52,833 nt of DNA from the IMG/VR virus record IMGVR_UViG_3300034993_000256, positions 1 through 52,833 of that record; one strand, 5' to 3'. The notes beneath the pieces were generated by a model, which was not told where the DNA came from, made no database searches, and saw nothing but the letters and a program-made list of their open reading frames with translations. Each line of letters opens with the position of its first letter. The stretch's first letter is position 1. Positions 37,119 through 46,345 of this stretch are shown one piece after another. This stretch comes from a virus (lineage: Duplodnaviria; Caudoviricetes). The position numbers and the translations under genes were made by a program.

Positions 37119-37531
37119 ATTCGAGCCTCCAGACTCTCTAGCCACTCGTAGTGGACTGTGTTGACAAGGGCATTTGGCCGGCGAGCACGCACTATGTAGG
37201 CGGCACTCGCGCCGTCGATCCGGTACCGCTCCATCAGGACGAGAGCAGCGATTAGACACGATCGGTTGCGGCCGGCGAGACAGTTGATGACGACGCGGTG
37301 GCCGTGATCCAACATCGCCAGCGCGTAGTCGCGGGCCCGGACGTAATCATCGACCTGAAGACCTTTGCCGTCAGTCACGGGGACGTGCTGCCACCACATG
37401 AGTTTGCGTCGTACATCGGCGGGCGGTAACTTGGTGCAGACCGTGAGGCAGGCCGTCCACTGATAGACCTCGACCTGTTTGACGGTCGGTGTGCCGCACA
37501 CCTCAAGATTCGTATCGATGTGCCAGGGCAC
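37115..37531 (-). CDS. dual-specificity (CX5R) phosphatase
   Basis: Catalytic loop NCLAGRNRS, upstream PVTD acid loop, downstream VRARRP. Confidence 0.88.
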   Translation of the reverse strand: MPWHIDTNLEVCGTPTVKQVEVYQWTACLTVCTKLPPADVRRKLMWWQHVPVTDGKGLQVDDYVRARDYALAMLDHGHRVVINCLAGRNRSCLIAALVLMERYRIDGASAAYIVRARRPNALVNTVHYEWLESLEARI

Positions 37532-38450
37532 GCTTCACCTTCTCTTTCTGCGCCGCTTCGAGATCCGGACGTGCTCCCCACCATTTCATATCGCCGTACT
37601 CGCCGAGATACTCAGGCGGAAACAACTCAAGGCGCAGACGGTAGAACGGAACAACCTGTCGGAGGTCGACGATGCCTCGTTCGTTGAAGTACCCGTTCGC
37701 CTTCCGCCAGTGCGCGAGCTCGCGGTCGTGACTGCGGCCCGGATATTTGCCGTCGAGACTCTGTCGTGCGTTGCAGAGGAGAGTCTCGAGCTGGAACCAG
37801 GTCACGTCCTGCTCAGTCCAAGCCGACGCCGCGAGCGCGAGTTGATTCAACCAGGCCAAAGTCTCTGGTCGATTGTCCTTCGAGTTGATCAGGTCGTCGT
37901 ATTCAGGGAACATCAGGGCGAGCATCTTCCGCGGGTACTTCGCTCCCTTCGCGACGATCGATGACTGCGGTGCGACCTGAAGACCGGCCTGGTGCATCGT
38001 CTCGATGACCTTCATCGTTGCGTACCGGCCGAAGTATTTCGCCCGCTTGCCGATACTCATGTACAACTCATCGTACGTCATTGCATGGACCTCATCGGAT
38101 GACGTGGTGTAGCACCAATCGATCCACGAGACGACGGACTCCATCAGTTTCCGCCGGTCATCACCCCAGACCGACCGCCGCTCACGTCGCATCGGGAACC
38201 CGTCTTTGTGTTCGATGAGGAAGGACGCCCAATCCGTGATGCCGGTCTGACGGAGGTGCCAAAGGACAGCTCCCGAACCGACCGTGTACGGCACGACGAA
38301 CAAGCCGCAGAAGACGGCCTGCTCCGCCGGAATGAGACCCTGCTCCCGGACAGCGCGACCGACAAGCGTCACCTGCGGGTCCGGGCCACCGCTCGCGAGC
38401 TCGGCCCGGCAGAAGTCCACGAAGAGTTCGCGGTAGACATCAGCGCTCAC
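37503..38450 (-). CDS. amino acid:DNA transferase-like protein (ADDT / aGPT-Pplase2, HhH-glycosylase fold)
   Basis: GPDP, RRERR, YFGRY...IE, LETLLC and YPG motifs recalled from this family; GTG 38450 with GAGGTG RBS. Confidence 0.7.
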   Translation of the reverse strand: MSADVYRELFVDFCRAELASGGPDPQVTLVGRAVREQGLIPAEQAVFCGLFVVPYTVGSGAVLWHLRQTGITDWASFLIEHKDGFPMRRERRSVWGDDRRKLMESVVSWIDWCYTTSSDEVHAMTYDELYMSIGKRAKYFGRYATMKVIETMHQAGLQVAPQSSIVAKGAKYPRKMLALMFPEYDDLINSKDNRPETLAWLNQLALAASAWTEQDVTWFQLETLLCNARQSLDGKYPGRSHDRELAHWRKANGYFNERGIVDLRQVVPFYRLRLELFPPEYLGEYGDMKWWGARPDLEAAQKEKVKRALAHRYES

Positions 38451-39009
38451 GTAGCACCTCACGTAAGAGCGTGTCGATGTGTTCGTGGATGTCGACATAC
38501 TCGAACTTGATGCCGAGCATCGCTGCTCTCTTCGCGTCGCTGAAGCTGTCGCCGACGAACCAATCCGGCTGACACCGTTTGAGATTCTCGATCTTCGTTC
38601 CCATGTCGATGCCGTGACAGTGGATGAGTGACTCGAGCTGCACGAGGTGCTCTCGCAACCAAGTACGAATGATCGGTGTCGTGGTGGACGAGATGATGTG
38701 CACGCCGATATGCGCGGCGATCAGTTGGTGAATTGCAGCGATCGTCTCTTTCTTCGGCTTGGACCGGATCGTCACGTCGAACTTCTCAGCGGCGTATGCA
38801 GCGACGGCGAGACTGACTTCACGACCGGTCGAGCACATGATCCGCGGTAACTGCACATCGAACGGGTCGCCTGATGTTTCTCGGTATCGTTGCCGGATCA
38901 CATTCTCATCGGCGACATCCCAGTACCGACCGATGACGTCCACGGCGAGGTCTTCCAACCCGCCCATACTGTCGCAGATCGTGCCGTCGAAGTCGAATGC
39001 GACGATCAT
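38440..39009 (-). CDS. HAD-family phosphatase
   Basis: Motif I FDFDGT, II ISS, III K, IV GDSFSD. Confidence 0.88.
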   Translation of the reverse strand: MIVAFDFDGTICDSMGGLEDLAVDVIGRYWDVADENVIRQRYRETSGDPFDVQLPRIMCSTGREVSLAVAAYAAEKFDVTIRSKPKKETIAAIHQLIAAHIGVHIISSTTTPIIRTWLREHLVQLESLIHCHGIDMGTKIENLKRCQPDWFVGDSFSDAKRAAMLGIKFEYVDIHEHIDTLLREVLRER

Positions 39010-39419
39010 GATCTAACCCGACGACAGGTGCAGATTGGATCAAAGTCAGGTAGTGGACAAGCGCGTGGACATCCATTCTCATGAAGACTGTGCCCTTGTC
39101 GGACTGCAAATGGCGGACCGTTGTATCCTTCATGCACACCGCCATCAGGAGCACGCAAGCACGTTGAGTTATCGACGATGAGAGCACCACAACGAATGCA
39201 CCACGGCAGCGTGATGTGACGACGATCATCCAATGCTTCGATGGCACTCATCAACAGCGCGTCCGCGATCGGATCAACCATCTCATCATTACTGATCTGC
39301 ATGTCGCCAGTCAGCATGACCTTTCGCAACTCATGACGAAAGTAGCCGAGTGTCGTCTGCGGAATCGCCCGAAGCGGGTGATCGGCGATGCTCGCGTAGT
39401 CAACTGCGTTCGGCATCAT
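39006..39419 (-). CDS. hypothetical Cys-rich protein
   Basis: Coupled at both ends; CIRC, CPRAC, CTC. Confidence 0.65.
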   Translation of the reverse strand: MMPNAVDYASIADHPLRAIPQTTLGYFRHELRKVMLTGDMQISNDEMVDPIADALLMSAIEALDDRRHITLPWCIRCGALIVDNSTCLRAPDGGVHEGYNGPPFAVRQGHSLHENGCPRACPLPDFDPICTCRRVRS

Positions 39420-41209
39420 GTCACCACCTTTAGATCATCCGGGCCGGCGACTGAGAAGTCCAGCCCGTCGCGACGGACCTCTTCCAGACGGGCCAGCTTG
39501 GCTTGCACTCTCACGATCTGATCCTCCTCGATTGTTCCTTCTGTGATCACGTCGATGACGTGGATGGCTTCGTGAATCTCACTGCCAATCCGGTGGACCC
39601 TGTCCTCCATCTGCAGGTTCTGGATGAGGCTCCAGGACCGCTGGAGGAAGAGGATGGTGTCGGCGGCTGTCATCGTGAGGCCCTCGCCGCCCGCTCCGAT
39701 GGTCACCAGCAGGGCAGCGAGTCGGCCCGCCTGGAACGCGTCGAGGTTCCGCCTCCGGTCACTCTCGTGGACGGCACCGGTGATCAGTCCGAACGAGACA
39801 CCGCTCTTCTCGAGGCGCGCCGCGGCAAGGTCGATGAGCTGGCGACTGAGCGCGGCGACGACCATTGGTCGCCCCCCGCGCTCAGCGAGGATCTCTTCCA
39901 TCACGTCCAACTTTGGACTCGGCTCGGTCAGGATATACTTCCCGTCGGCTTCGACAGTCCCGTAGGCAGACGACATCTGAAGGAGACGAGTCGACTGCGT
40001 GAGGTTGTTCGAAGCGAACACGATTGTTCCGTCATCGAGACGAGTGATCAATTGCTCATCGAGCTCGCGATACGCCTTCAGCATCTTCGTCGGCAGGGTC
40101 ACGTACCTGATGCTGCGGTACTTGTCTGGCAGCCAGGGCGCGGCCTGCACCTTCGTGATGCGGCGGTACCGTGCGTCGAAGAAGGAGAAGAACTCCGCGG
40201 CGTGGTCCTGCCTGAGGCCGACGACGTCGAGGCCGCCGAACGCGTTCCAGCTCATCTGCGCGTAGCGGTCGAGGAAGGCGGAGCGAACCGGATACTCCTC
40301 CGGCGCGACGGCGTGCATGATCGACCAGAGGTCGCCGATGTGATTCGCGACCGGCGTGCCCGTCATCGCGATCCGACGCGTCACGGACGGGTCGTGACAG
40401 ACTGCCCACACGGCTCTTGTTTGCTGACTCTTAGGATCCTTCAAGCGCTGTGCCTCATCAATCACGACAGACTTGATAACGCCCGTATCATTCAATTCCT
40501 TGGGATGACTGTGACACTTAGCGGGGCGTACCTTCTTATCTTCGCCACCGCAAGCCTGGCACCGCTTCAGTCGAATGCTGCCGTAAGGCGCAAGCCTGGA
40601 GTGCGATCGCAGTGATTCGTAGTTGATGACGAGCACTCCACGCGGATCGGCGAGGCCGGCAACGATCGTCTTCTGTCGTGCGGTAGCACCCCCGCCAATG
40701 ACGTACACGTTGACGTCGGGCATCGCTCGTCGTGCCTCGGCTTCCCAGACTCGCTTGACGCTGTTCGGGCAGATGACCAGAGCTGGCAGTGCGCCTTTCA
40801 GACTGCGGAGAGCGACCTCAACGGACATCGTCTTGCCGGTTCCCTGGTCGTTGCCGAGCAGCATGCCGCTCCCGGCAGCGTTCGCCCAGAAGTAGTCGGC
40901 GACCTGCCACGGGTAGAGGCCCTCGACCTCGACGCCGGGGTCGATGACGTCGTGCCATGTCCTCGCCGTCTCGACCTCGACCTTGCGGATGCGGGCCCAA
41001 TCCCTGACGAAGTCGTCCATCGTGAGGCGGTGTGAGAACGTGCCCCTGAGCTGCACGCAGGCGGCCCACGTCATCGGCACATGCCAGACCTTCCGGTCTG
41101 CGTCCCAGCGCGACCCGGGCACCGTCTTGATCAACTCCTTGTCGGAGAAGTCACATGCGACGTCAAGACGCCGGTCAGAGGTGTCGTGTCTAATGTGGAC
41201 GTGGGGCAT
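39416..41209 (-). CDS. SNF2-like SF2 helicase
   Basis: DQGTGKT, DEAQ, TGTP, GEGLT, QMEDRVHRIG; CxxC insert. Confidence 0.92.
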   Translation of the reverse strand: MPHVHIRHDTSDRRLDVACDFSDKELIKTVPGSRWDADRKVWHVPMTWAACVQLRGTFSHRLTMDDFVRDWARIRKVEVETARTWHDVIDPGVEVEGLYPWQVADYFWANAAGSGMLLGNDQGTGKTMSVEVALRSLKGALPALVICPNSVKRVWEAEARRAMPDVNVYVIGGGATARQKTIVAGLADPRGVLVINYESLRSHSRLAPYGSIRLKRCQACGGEDKKVRPAKCHSHPKELNDTGVIKSVVIDEAQRLKDPKSQQTRAVWAVCHDPSVTRRIAMTGTPVANHIGDLWSIMHAVAPEEYPVRSAFLDRYAQMSWNAFGGLDVVGLRQDHAAEFFSFFDARYRRITKVQAAPWLPDKYRSIRYVTLPTKMLKAYRELDEQLITRLDDGTIVFASNNLTQSTRLLQMSSAYGTVEADGKYILTEPSPKLDVMEEILAERGGRPMVVAALSRQLIDLAAARLEKSGVSFGLITGAVHESDRRRNLDAFQAGRLAALLVTIGAGGEGLTMTAADTILFLQRSWSLIQNLQMEDRVHRIGSEIHEAIHVIDVITEGTIEEDQIVRVQAKLARLEEVRRDGLDFSVAGPDDLKVVT

Positions 41210-41286
41210 TAGCGCTTGTCGCCCTCGTAGAACTCTTCCACAGTCCGTCGGAGTGTCACGTCGTCGCAGTACCTCGGGCTGCTCAC
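41209..41286 (-). CDS. 25-aa micro-ORF
   Basis: GTGA overlap upstream and TAATG overlap with the helicase start; MSSPRYCDDVTLRRTVEEFYEGDKR. Confidence 0.5.
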   Translation of the reverse strand: MSSPRYCDDVTLRRTVEEFYEGDKR

Positions 41287-41498
41287 AGCAGCGACCTCAC
41301 CATGTTGATCGTCCGGACGAACTCGGGCGTCGGGATGGTCACGTACGACGTGAGCTCGCCGTCGACTCTAATTGCGACCCCGACGCTGTCGTCGTCTACC
41401 TCACGCGAGCGGCCGAGGGTGACGACGATTTCGGGCTCAATAGTCAGCTCCATCACGGGGCCGGTGAAGAAGTCGTAGAGATTCGGTGTCGTGGTCAT
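41283..41498 (-). CDS. small hypothetical protein (leaderless)
   Basis: ATG 7 nt after the TACAAT of promoter P5. Confidence 0.7.
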   Translation of the reverse strand: MTTTPNLYDFFTGPVMELTIEPEIVVTLGRSREVDDDSVGVAIRVDGELTSYVTIPTPEFVRTINMVRSLL

Positions 41499-41959
41499 AT
41501 TAGAGATTGTATCAACTCTTCGCGTACCTGTCCAGTACCGTGCGTGACTATTCCAAGAACAAGGTGCCGGATGGCGTCGCGGGCGTGGTCCTTACCGGGC
41601 TGCCAAAGGCCGATCTTCCGCAGCTGAGCGTCGGAGCAGAACCGTTTAGCAGCTGCCGGTGTCTGCATTACGGGACACGATCTCGCACGGCGGAGGAGGA
41701 ACTTCATGGTGCCGATCACTTCCATGGCAATGGGCTGCTGACTCATGCGTACGGTTTGGGCGGTGATCGTGAACGTTTCAATGAGCACCAAGCACGATGA
41801 GTCAAGGAATTGCGGTGTGTCAGCGAACCAATTGAGAAACTCATAATCGGTACATTGTCCGGCAGCGACAGAATTAGCCGACCAATGCCCACCCAACATC
41901 ATATGCGCCCATCCGGTCATGTCGCCAGGGTCCACGGCGAGTGCGTAGCGGAAGGTCAT
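41495..41959 (-). CDS. RuvC-like Holliday junction resolvase
   Basis: LAVDPG.MTGWA, IETF, EVIG, HARDA..H. Confidence 0.8.
   Translation of the reverse strand: MTFRYALAVDPGDMTGWAHMMLGGHWSANSVAAGQCTDYEFLNWFADTPQFLDSSCLVLIETFTITAQTVRMSQQPIAMEVIGTMKFLLRRARSCPVMQTPAAAKRFCSDAQLRKIGLWQPGKDHARDAIRHLVLGIVTHGTGQVREELIQSLI
41506..41535 (-). promoter_or_regulatory. promoter P5, CTGGACA-N17-TACAAT, inside the 3' end of the RuvC-like gene
   Basis: -35 at 41529-34 and -10 at 41506-11, with extended TG. Confidence 0.8.
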
Positions 41960-42243
41960 CGCGCTCTCCATTCTCTTATATGCGCCGCATTCGCTTCACG
42001 GCAACACGCGTCGTGACAAGGAGACAAACGAGACTGATAGCGCTCGTAAGTGCCGTGCGGCGGTAAGAGGATGTACTTCTTCGGGAGTTTGACGCGACGC
42101 TTGGGCCGTCCGTATGGGCGCGGTGCGTATGTACCCGCGCGTATGGCAGCGCGACGATCTCGTTTATACTTCGTGTTGGCAGCCCGGCACTCATCGTGCT
42201 TGCAACCCGTGTTGTAGCAAGCGCGCGTCCCGCGTTTGGTCAT
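41956..42243 (-). CDS. small basic protein with two (H/R)GT..Y..C..C R.AN repeats
   Basis: RGTRACYNTGCKHDECRAAN and HGTYERY...CHDACCREAN. Confidence 0.75.
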   Translation of the reverse strand: MTKRGTRACYNTGCKHDECRAANTKYKRDRRAAIRAGTYAPRPYGRPKRRVKLPKKYILLPPHGTYERYQSRLSPCHDACCREANAAHIREWRAR

Positions 42244-44021
42244 AGCGCATAGTCTTCCTTGGAACCCCAGGACTGACCAACGGACGGTGCAACCGTGATG
42301 GGGACGCTGATCAGATTGGCATCGGCCATGATGTTGCAGGCCGAGTCAGCAAGTTCGCGCAACTGATCCGTTGGGACATCGAAGATGATCTCATCGTGAA
42401 CTGGGAGGACGAGGTACGGACCGAAGCCGGCGTGATCGAGTTCGACCAATTTCATCTTCAGCAACTCTGCGGCGGCTCCCTGCACCAACTTGTTAACGAG
42501 CGTGTACACACGGTCGTGATCCATCGGGTGAATCTGGCCGGTGAGTGGTGAACGAGCATAGGCGACACCTTCCTCTTGCCGGCGCTGATTCGCTCGGTTC
42601 TCGATGTGCCGGTTGAGACCTTTCATCAGCGGGTAGCGAGCCGCGATCATGTCGTACATCTGCTGTCCGTACTCAGCTGCGAGACCAGCCGTCTTCGCGA
42701 ACTTCGCGGCGCCAGCGCCGTAGCCAATTGCGTACATGGCATTCTTCGTATGTTGCCTGCGCTCGTCCTTCCGAGTGAGTGTCGGCTCAGCCCACAACTC
42801 GCGCATGATGGCCGTGAACACATCGACGTCTGGGTCGGTGAAGGCCGCGATCAGCCCGAGATCTTGCGACACATGGGCGAGGAATCGCAACTCGACCTGG
42901 TCGTAGTCGACCATCAATAGCGTATTGCCGGGCGATGCGATCAGTGCCTTACGAACTGTGATCGCAGCCGGGTTGTCTTCTGAGGACCGCGGCAGGTTCT
43001 GGAGGTTCGGTGCACTCATCGTCATACGAGTCGTCACCGCGCCGCACGATTTGATGCTTGGGTGTAGCCGAGGGTCTTCGTCTGTCGTCTCTTCGACGAA
43101 ATGACGGAGATACGTCGACGCGAGCTTGGAATACCGACGATGTTCGAGTACCGCGTTTGCGAGTGGGTGCAGGTGAGCGATGGGACCGAGCACGAATTTG
43201 TCGAGTTGAACGGCGCCAGAGGCGGTTGTCTTGTCGAGTGGTATCCCATCAGCGATCAACCGTTGAGCAACCGATGCATTCGCACTCGGTCGGACGCCGT
43301 AGTGCTCACTGCACCAATCGCTGACTGACTTGGCGTATGAGCGGAAAGATACAAGCGCCTCACTGGCGAATGGACGGTCAACCATGATGCCATTGCGCTC
43401 CATCTTCTCCACGACCCAGGCAGCTGCCAGCTCGAGTTCGTACGCTCGTGTCGCACCCATTTCCCGGACTTTCGGCATGAGGATGGCGGCAAGCCGAGTA
43501 GTGAGGACGACGTCCATCGCTGCGTACGTCCAATACGGCTCGTAATCGACGGGGACTGTTGCCCAAGTCCATCCTGTCGTACTCTTCCACTGATCTTGGA
43601 GAGCGAGTGCCATTGGGTCCACATACCGGCCAGCGAGTTGCTTCAATCCGCCGGACATGTTCGGCTCGATGGCGTGCGCCATCAGCATTGTGTCATCACA
43701 GCGATCCTGCGGCATCTGATAGTCACAGGTGGCACGGATCATCCCGACATCGAACTTCATGTTGTGCAGGACCATGCGACCGTCGTAACGGTCCATCGCT
43801 TCCAAGAACACGCCGCCCCACCGCTGCCATGGGATCGCCCAACCATGCACTTCGTCGCCGATCTGCACAAGCCGGACTTTGTCGTGTTCGATACGCAGGC
43901 CCTCCGTTTCAGTGTCGACGGCGATCCCGCCTTCACGTCGCTCTCCGAGCCAGCGCATCATCTCATTCGCTGTCTCGAGGTCATCGACTAGGTGCAACTT
44001 GACGTCGGCGAGTGAACTCAC
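42240..44021 (-). CDS. polA: DNA polymerase, family A, with 3'-5' exonuclease
   Basis: Exo DTET, HNMKFD, YAAMD; polymerase motif A DYDQVELR, B RQHTKNAMYAIGYG, C VHDE. Confidence 0.95.
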   Translation of the reverse strand: MSSLADVKLHLVDDLETANEMMRWLGERREGGIAVDTETEGLRIEHDKVRLVQIGDEVHGWAIPWQRWGGVFLEAMDRYDGRMVLHNMKFDVGMIRATCDYQMPQDRCDDTMLMAHAIEPNMSGGLKQLAGRYVDPMALALQDQWKSTTGWTWATVPVDYEPYWTYAAMDVVLTTRLAAILMPKVREMGATRAYELELAAAWVVEKMERNGIMVDRPFASEALVSFRSYAKSVSDWCSEHYGVRPSANASVAQRLIADGIPLDKTTASGAVQLDKFVLGPIAHLHPLANAVLEHRRYSKLASTYLRHFVEETTDEDPRLHPSIKSCGAVTTRMTMSAPNLQNLPRSSEDNPAAITVRKALIASPGNTLLMVDYDQVELRFLAHVSQDLGLIAAFTDPDVDVFTAIMRELWAEPTLTRKDERRQHTKNAMYAIGYGAGAAKFAKTAGLAAEYGQQMYDMIAARYPLMKGLNRHIENRANQRRQEEGVAYARSPLTGQIHPMDHDRVYTLVNKLVQGAAAELLKMKLVELDHAGFGPYLVLPVHDEIIFDVPTDQLRELADSACNIMADANLISVPITVAPSVGQSWGSKEDYAL

Positions 44022-44482
44022 AGAACCTCCACCCCGATACCGAGTGAGCGCAGGAATCGATAATTCTCGTCCGCCTTTCGGTATTCCCGGCCGGCATCAG
44101 TCTTCACGATGACCATAGCGAGTCCGCTGTTCGCGATGAGCTTCGCGCAGTTGAAACAGAGGTCGCCAAGGACGTAGATGGTGCCGCCCTGCCAAGCCGA
44201 GCGATCGGCTGCCATTAAAGCATTCGCCTCGGCGTGAAGGGCGTAACAGTCGTCGTACAAGGGACTGAGTCCATCTCCCAATTTCACCGCTCTCGGGCAC
44301 CAATTGACACACGACTCATCGCGGTGATCGAAGTGCGCAGGGGGGTTGTTGTACCCTGTCGCGATGACACGATTACGTGAGTCCGTGATGACGGCGCCGA
44401 CGTGCGCTCGCGAGCAGAGGCTTCGTTCAGCGATCACCGTCGCGGCCTCGAGCCAGACTTCATCCCAGGTTGGACGGGTCAT
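44018..44482 (-). CDS. dCMP deaminase
   Basis: C....VGAVI, TGYN, HAEANAL, C..CAKLI.NSG. Confidence 0.9.
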   Translation of the reverse strand: MTRPTWDEVWLEAATVIAERSLCSRAHVGAVITDSRNRVIATGYNNPPAHFDHRDESCVNWCPRAVKLGDGLSPLYDDCYALHAEANALMAADRSAWQGGTIYVLGDLCFNCAKLIANSGLAMVIVKTDAGREYRKADENYRFLRSLGIGVEVL

Positions 44483-45360
44483 GAGATCGCCTCCACCTGC
44501 TTCCACGCCGCCCCCAAGCGGGTGTGGTACCATTGGTGCGACGGCGGCTCGTCTCCGATGTTACGGCCTTCGAGGATGTCGTACGCCGTAGTCAACAGTG
44601 ACCGACCAGACATCATCCCGCCTTGCGCCGGATGAAGACCGTCAGGCAGCGGGTTAGTCGACTTCCACCCTTCATCGAAGGTGAGGGACCGGGCCCGTTC
44701 GAGATCTTTCTTGTAGAGGTGCATCGAGATGGAGTGGTGACAGTATTCGCCGATCTCACGCCCGAGGAAGTTGGCGACCGTACGTTGGAGCTGACGGAAT
44801 TGGAACACGTCGAACGGCATACCGAGCCACACATCGCTCGATCGCATGACAACACTGAGAAGGAGCAACTCATCCCGGATGCGGAATGTTAGCGCAATGG
44901 TGCACGGGATGTCCTTCGGCATCGGATCACGCCACTCACTGTCTTCGTTCTTGTCCCAAATCTGGATCACGGCCTGCCGACTGCTCGGGTCCATCTTCAA
45001 CTTGTTGACAACATCCATGATCTGGTTGTCGATGCGCCCACCGTAGTTCCCGTGGACGGTACCGTCGGCTTCCCGGACGTAATCAGCCACCCCCGCTGCG
45101 ACGGCCTCAGTGAGGCGTGGTAATTCAATACCGGCACAGAGTTGAATGGCTTCGGCTGCGGCGAGGTTTGTATTGATCTTGCGTCCGACGCCGAGCGGAA
45201 GGTCGAGCGCTTCAGGAGCGAGCGTGAATACGAAGTCGTCAGTCTCATATGCCATACCAGCCCGGCTCTTAATAACGGTGTCGTAGTGCCGATCGACTCG
45301 TCGGACGAGGGACATGTACCCTTTTCGCCAATCGTCGTAATAGTCGTTCATGTAGGCCAT
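44479..45360 (-). CDS. thymidylate synthase superfamily enzyme, Asp-type (dCMP hydroxymethylase/methylase-like)
   Basis: SRQAV..IW, DIPCT, MRSSDVWLGMPFDVF, SMHLY. Confidence 0.88.
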   Translation of the reverse strand: MAYMNDYYDDWRKGYMSLVRRVDRHYDTVIKSRAGMAYETDDFVFTLAPEALDLPLGVGRKINTNLAAAEAIQLCAGIELPRLTEAVAAGVADYVREADGTVHGNYGGRIDNQIMDVVNKLKMDPSSRQAVIQIWDKNEDSEWRDPMPKDIPCTIALTFRIRDELLLLSVVMRSSDVWLGMPFDVFQFRQLQRTVANFLGREIGEYCHHSISMHLYKKDLERARSLTFDEGWKSTNPLPDGLHPAQGGMMSGRSLLTTAYDILEGRNIGDEPPSHQWYHTRLGAAWKQVEAIS

Positions 45361-45953
45361 GGATGTGTCTCCTCGTAGGTTGGGATCGGATTTCTGTACC
45401 CCGCAACCGATGCCTCCATGCGAGCGCTGGCTAGAATGGCTGGCGCAATAGCGCTCGCTTGTGTGAGGTCAGTGTTAACGACCTTCAACTTAGGGCCGGG
45501 TGTCATGAATTGCACATCCAAGAACAGCCCGGCATACGCATTGTTGATCTTAGGCAGGAGGTGCGGGTCGATGAGGTCGTCACCCCGCTCCGCGAGACGC
45601 TTCATGAGGACGGGGCTGGGGGCATGTGCGTGAACATACAACGCACCCCTGTCGCGGAGTAGTCCGTCAAGCCAGCGTGCCTGCGCTAGGCTCAGTTTGC
45701 TTGCACCCCTCAGGATCGGCCCGTACACGAGCTCGCCGAGGTGCCAGCGATCCATCACGACGAGCCAGTCCTGGTTCGGGGTCAATGCGAGGAGATCCTG
45801 AGCGTACTCCTCCCAGGGTCCGTGCTCTGCCGTGAAGGGCCCGCGGTTCCAAACGGCGCTGCCCCCGCGACCTTCTTCTGCGTACACTCGGATGAGTTCG
45901 TCGCGGAGGGTCGACTTGCCGGCGCAGTCCGGACCTTCAAGGAGGATGATCAT
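45348..45953 (-). CDS. dNMP (thymidylate kinase-like) kinase
   Basis: LEGPDCAGKST, DRWHLGELVYG, R...RGD. Confidence 0.88.
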   Translation of the reverse strand: MIILLEGPDCAGKSTLRDELIRVYAEEGRGGSAVWNRGPFTAEHGPWEEYAQDLLALTPNQDWLVVMDRWHLGELVYGPILRGASKLSLAQARWLDGLLRDRGALYVHAHAPSPVLMKRLAERGDDLIDPHLLPKINNAYAGLFLDVQFMTPGPKLKVVNTDLTQASAIAPAILASARMEASVAGYRNPIPTYEETHPWPT

Positions 45954-46345
45954 CGCGCACCTGCGATCTCATCGAAGGCGTCAAGCGCGTCAATGATGTC
46001 CTCATCGATCTCACCGGCCTCATGAAGGACCTTCCGGCTGACCTTGGGGATGTACCGCCGACCAGGCTCGCCCATGGAGAGGTAGTCGACGATCGCTCCC
46101 GCTGCCGTGGTGTATTCCACCCGGACTCGGTCCACCTCGCCTTGCACCCTGGAGCGACCGATCATCTCGACTCGGTATTCAATTTGCTGTTCGTCATCGA
46201 CAATATCCGTCGGTCTGCTGCTGAGCCGGACCTCAAACCACCGGCAGCCCTGACAACCTTGGGCGTCGTGAAGCTTGTTTGGGTGATCTGTTCGGCTTGA
46301 TGCTGTAGAGAGCACCAACCACCCGTGACGGTCGACGACTCTCAT
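45950..46345 (-). CDS. hypothetical protein
   Basis: CQGCRWFE; ATG 46345 coupled to the upstream stop. Confidence 0.7.
   Translation of the reverse strand: MRVVDRHGWLVLSTASSRTDHPNKLHDAQGCQGCRWFEVRLSSRPTDIVDDEQQIEYRVEMIGRSRVQGEVDRVRVEYTTAAGAIVDYLSMGEPGRRYIPKVSRKVLHEAGEIDEDIIDALDAFDEIAGAR

Noticed and set aside
39503-40615. 370-aa ORF on the + strand (likewise 47446-48435, 13030-13962, 2965-3822)
   Set aside because: Antisense to well-supported genes in GC-rich DNA; no motifs or expression signals.
39416-44021. Inteins or introns in the helicase or polymerase
   Set aside because: Both have normal lengths with contiguous motifs and no splice-junction signatures.
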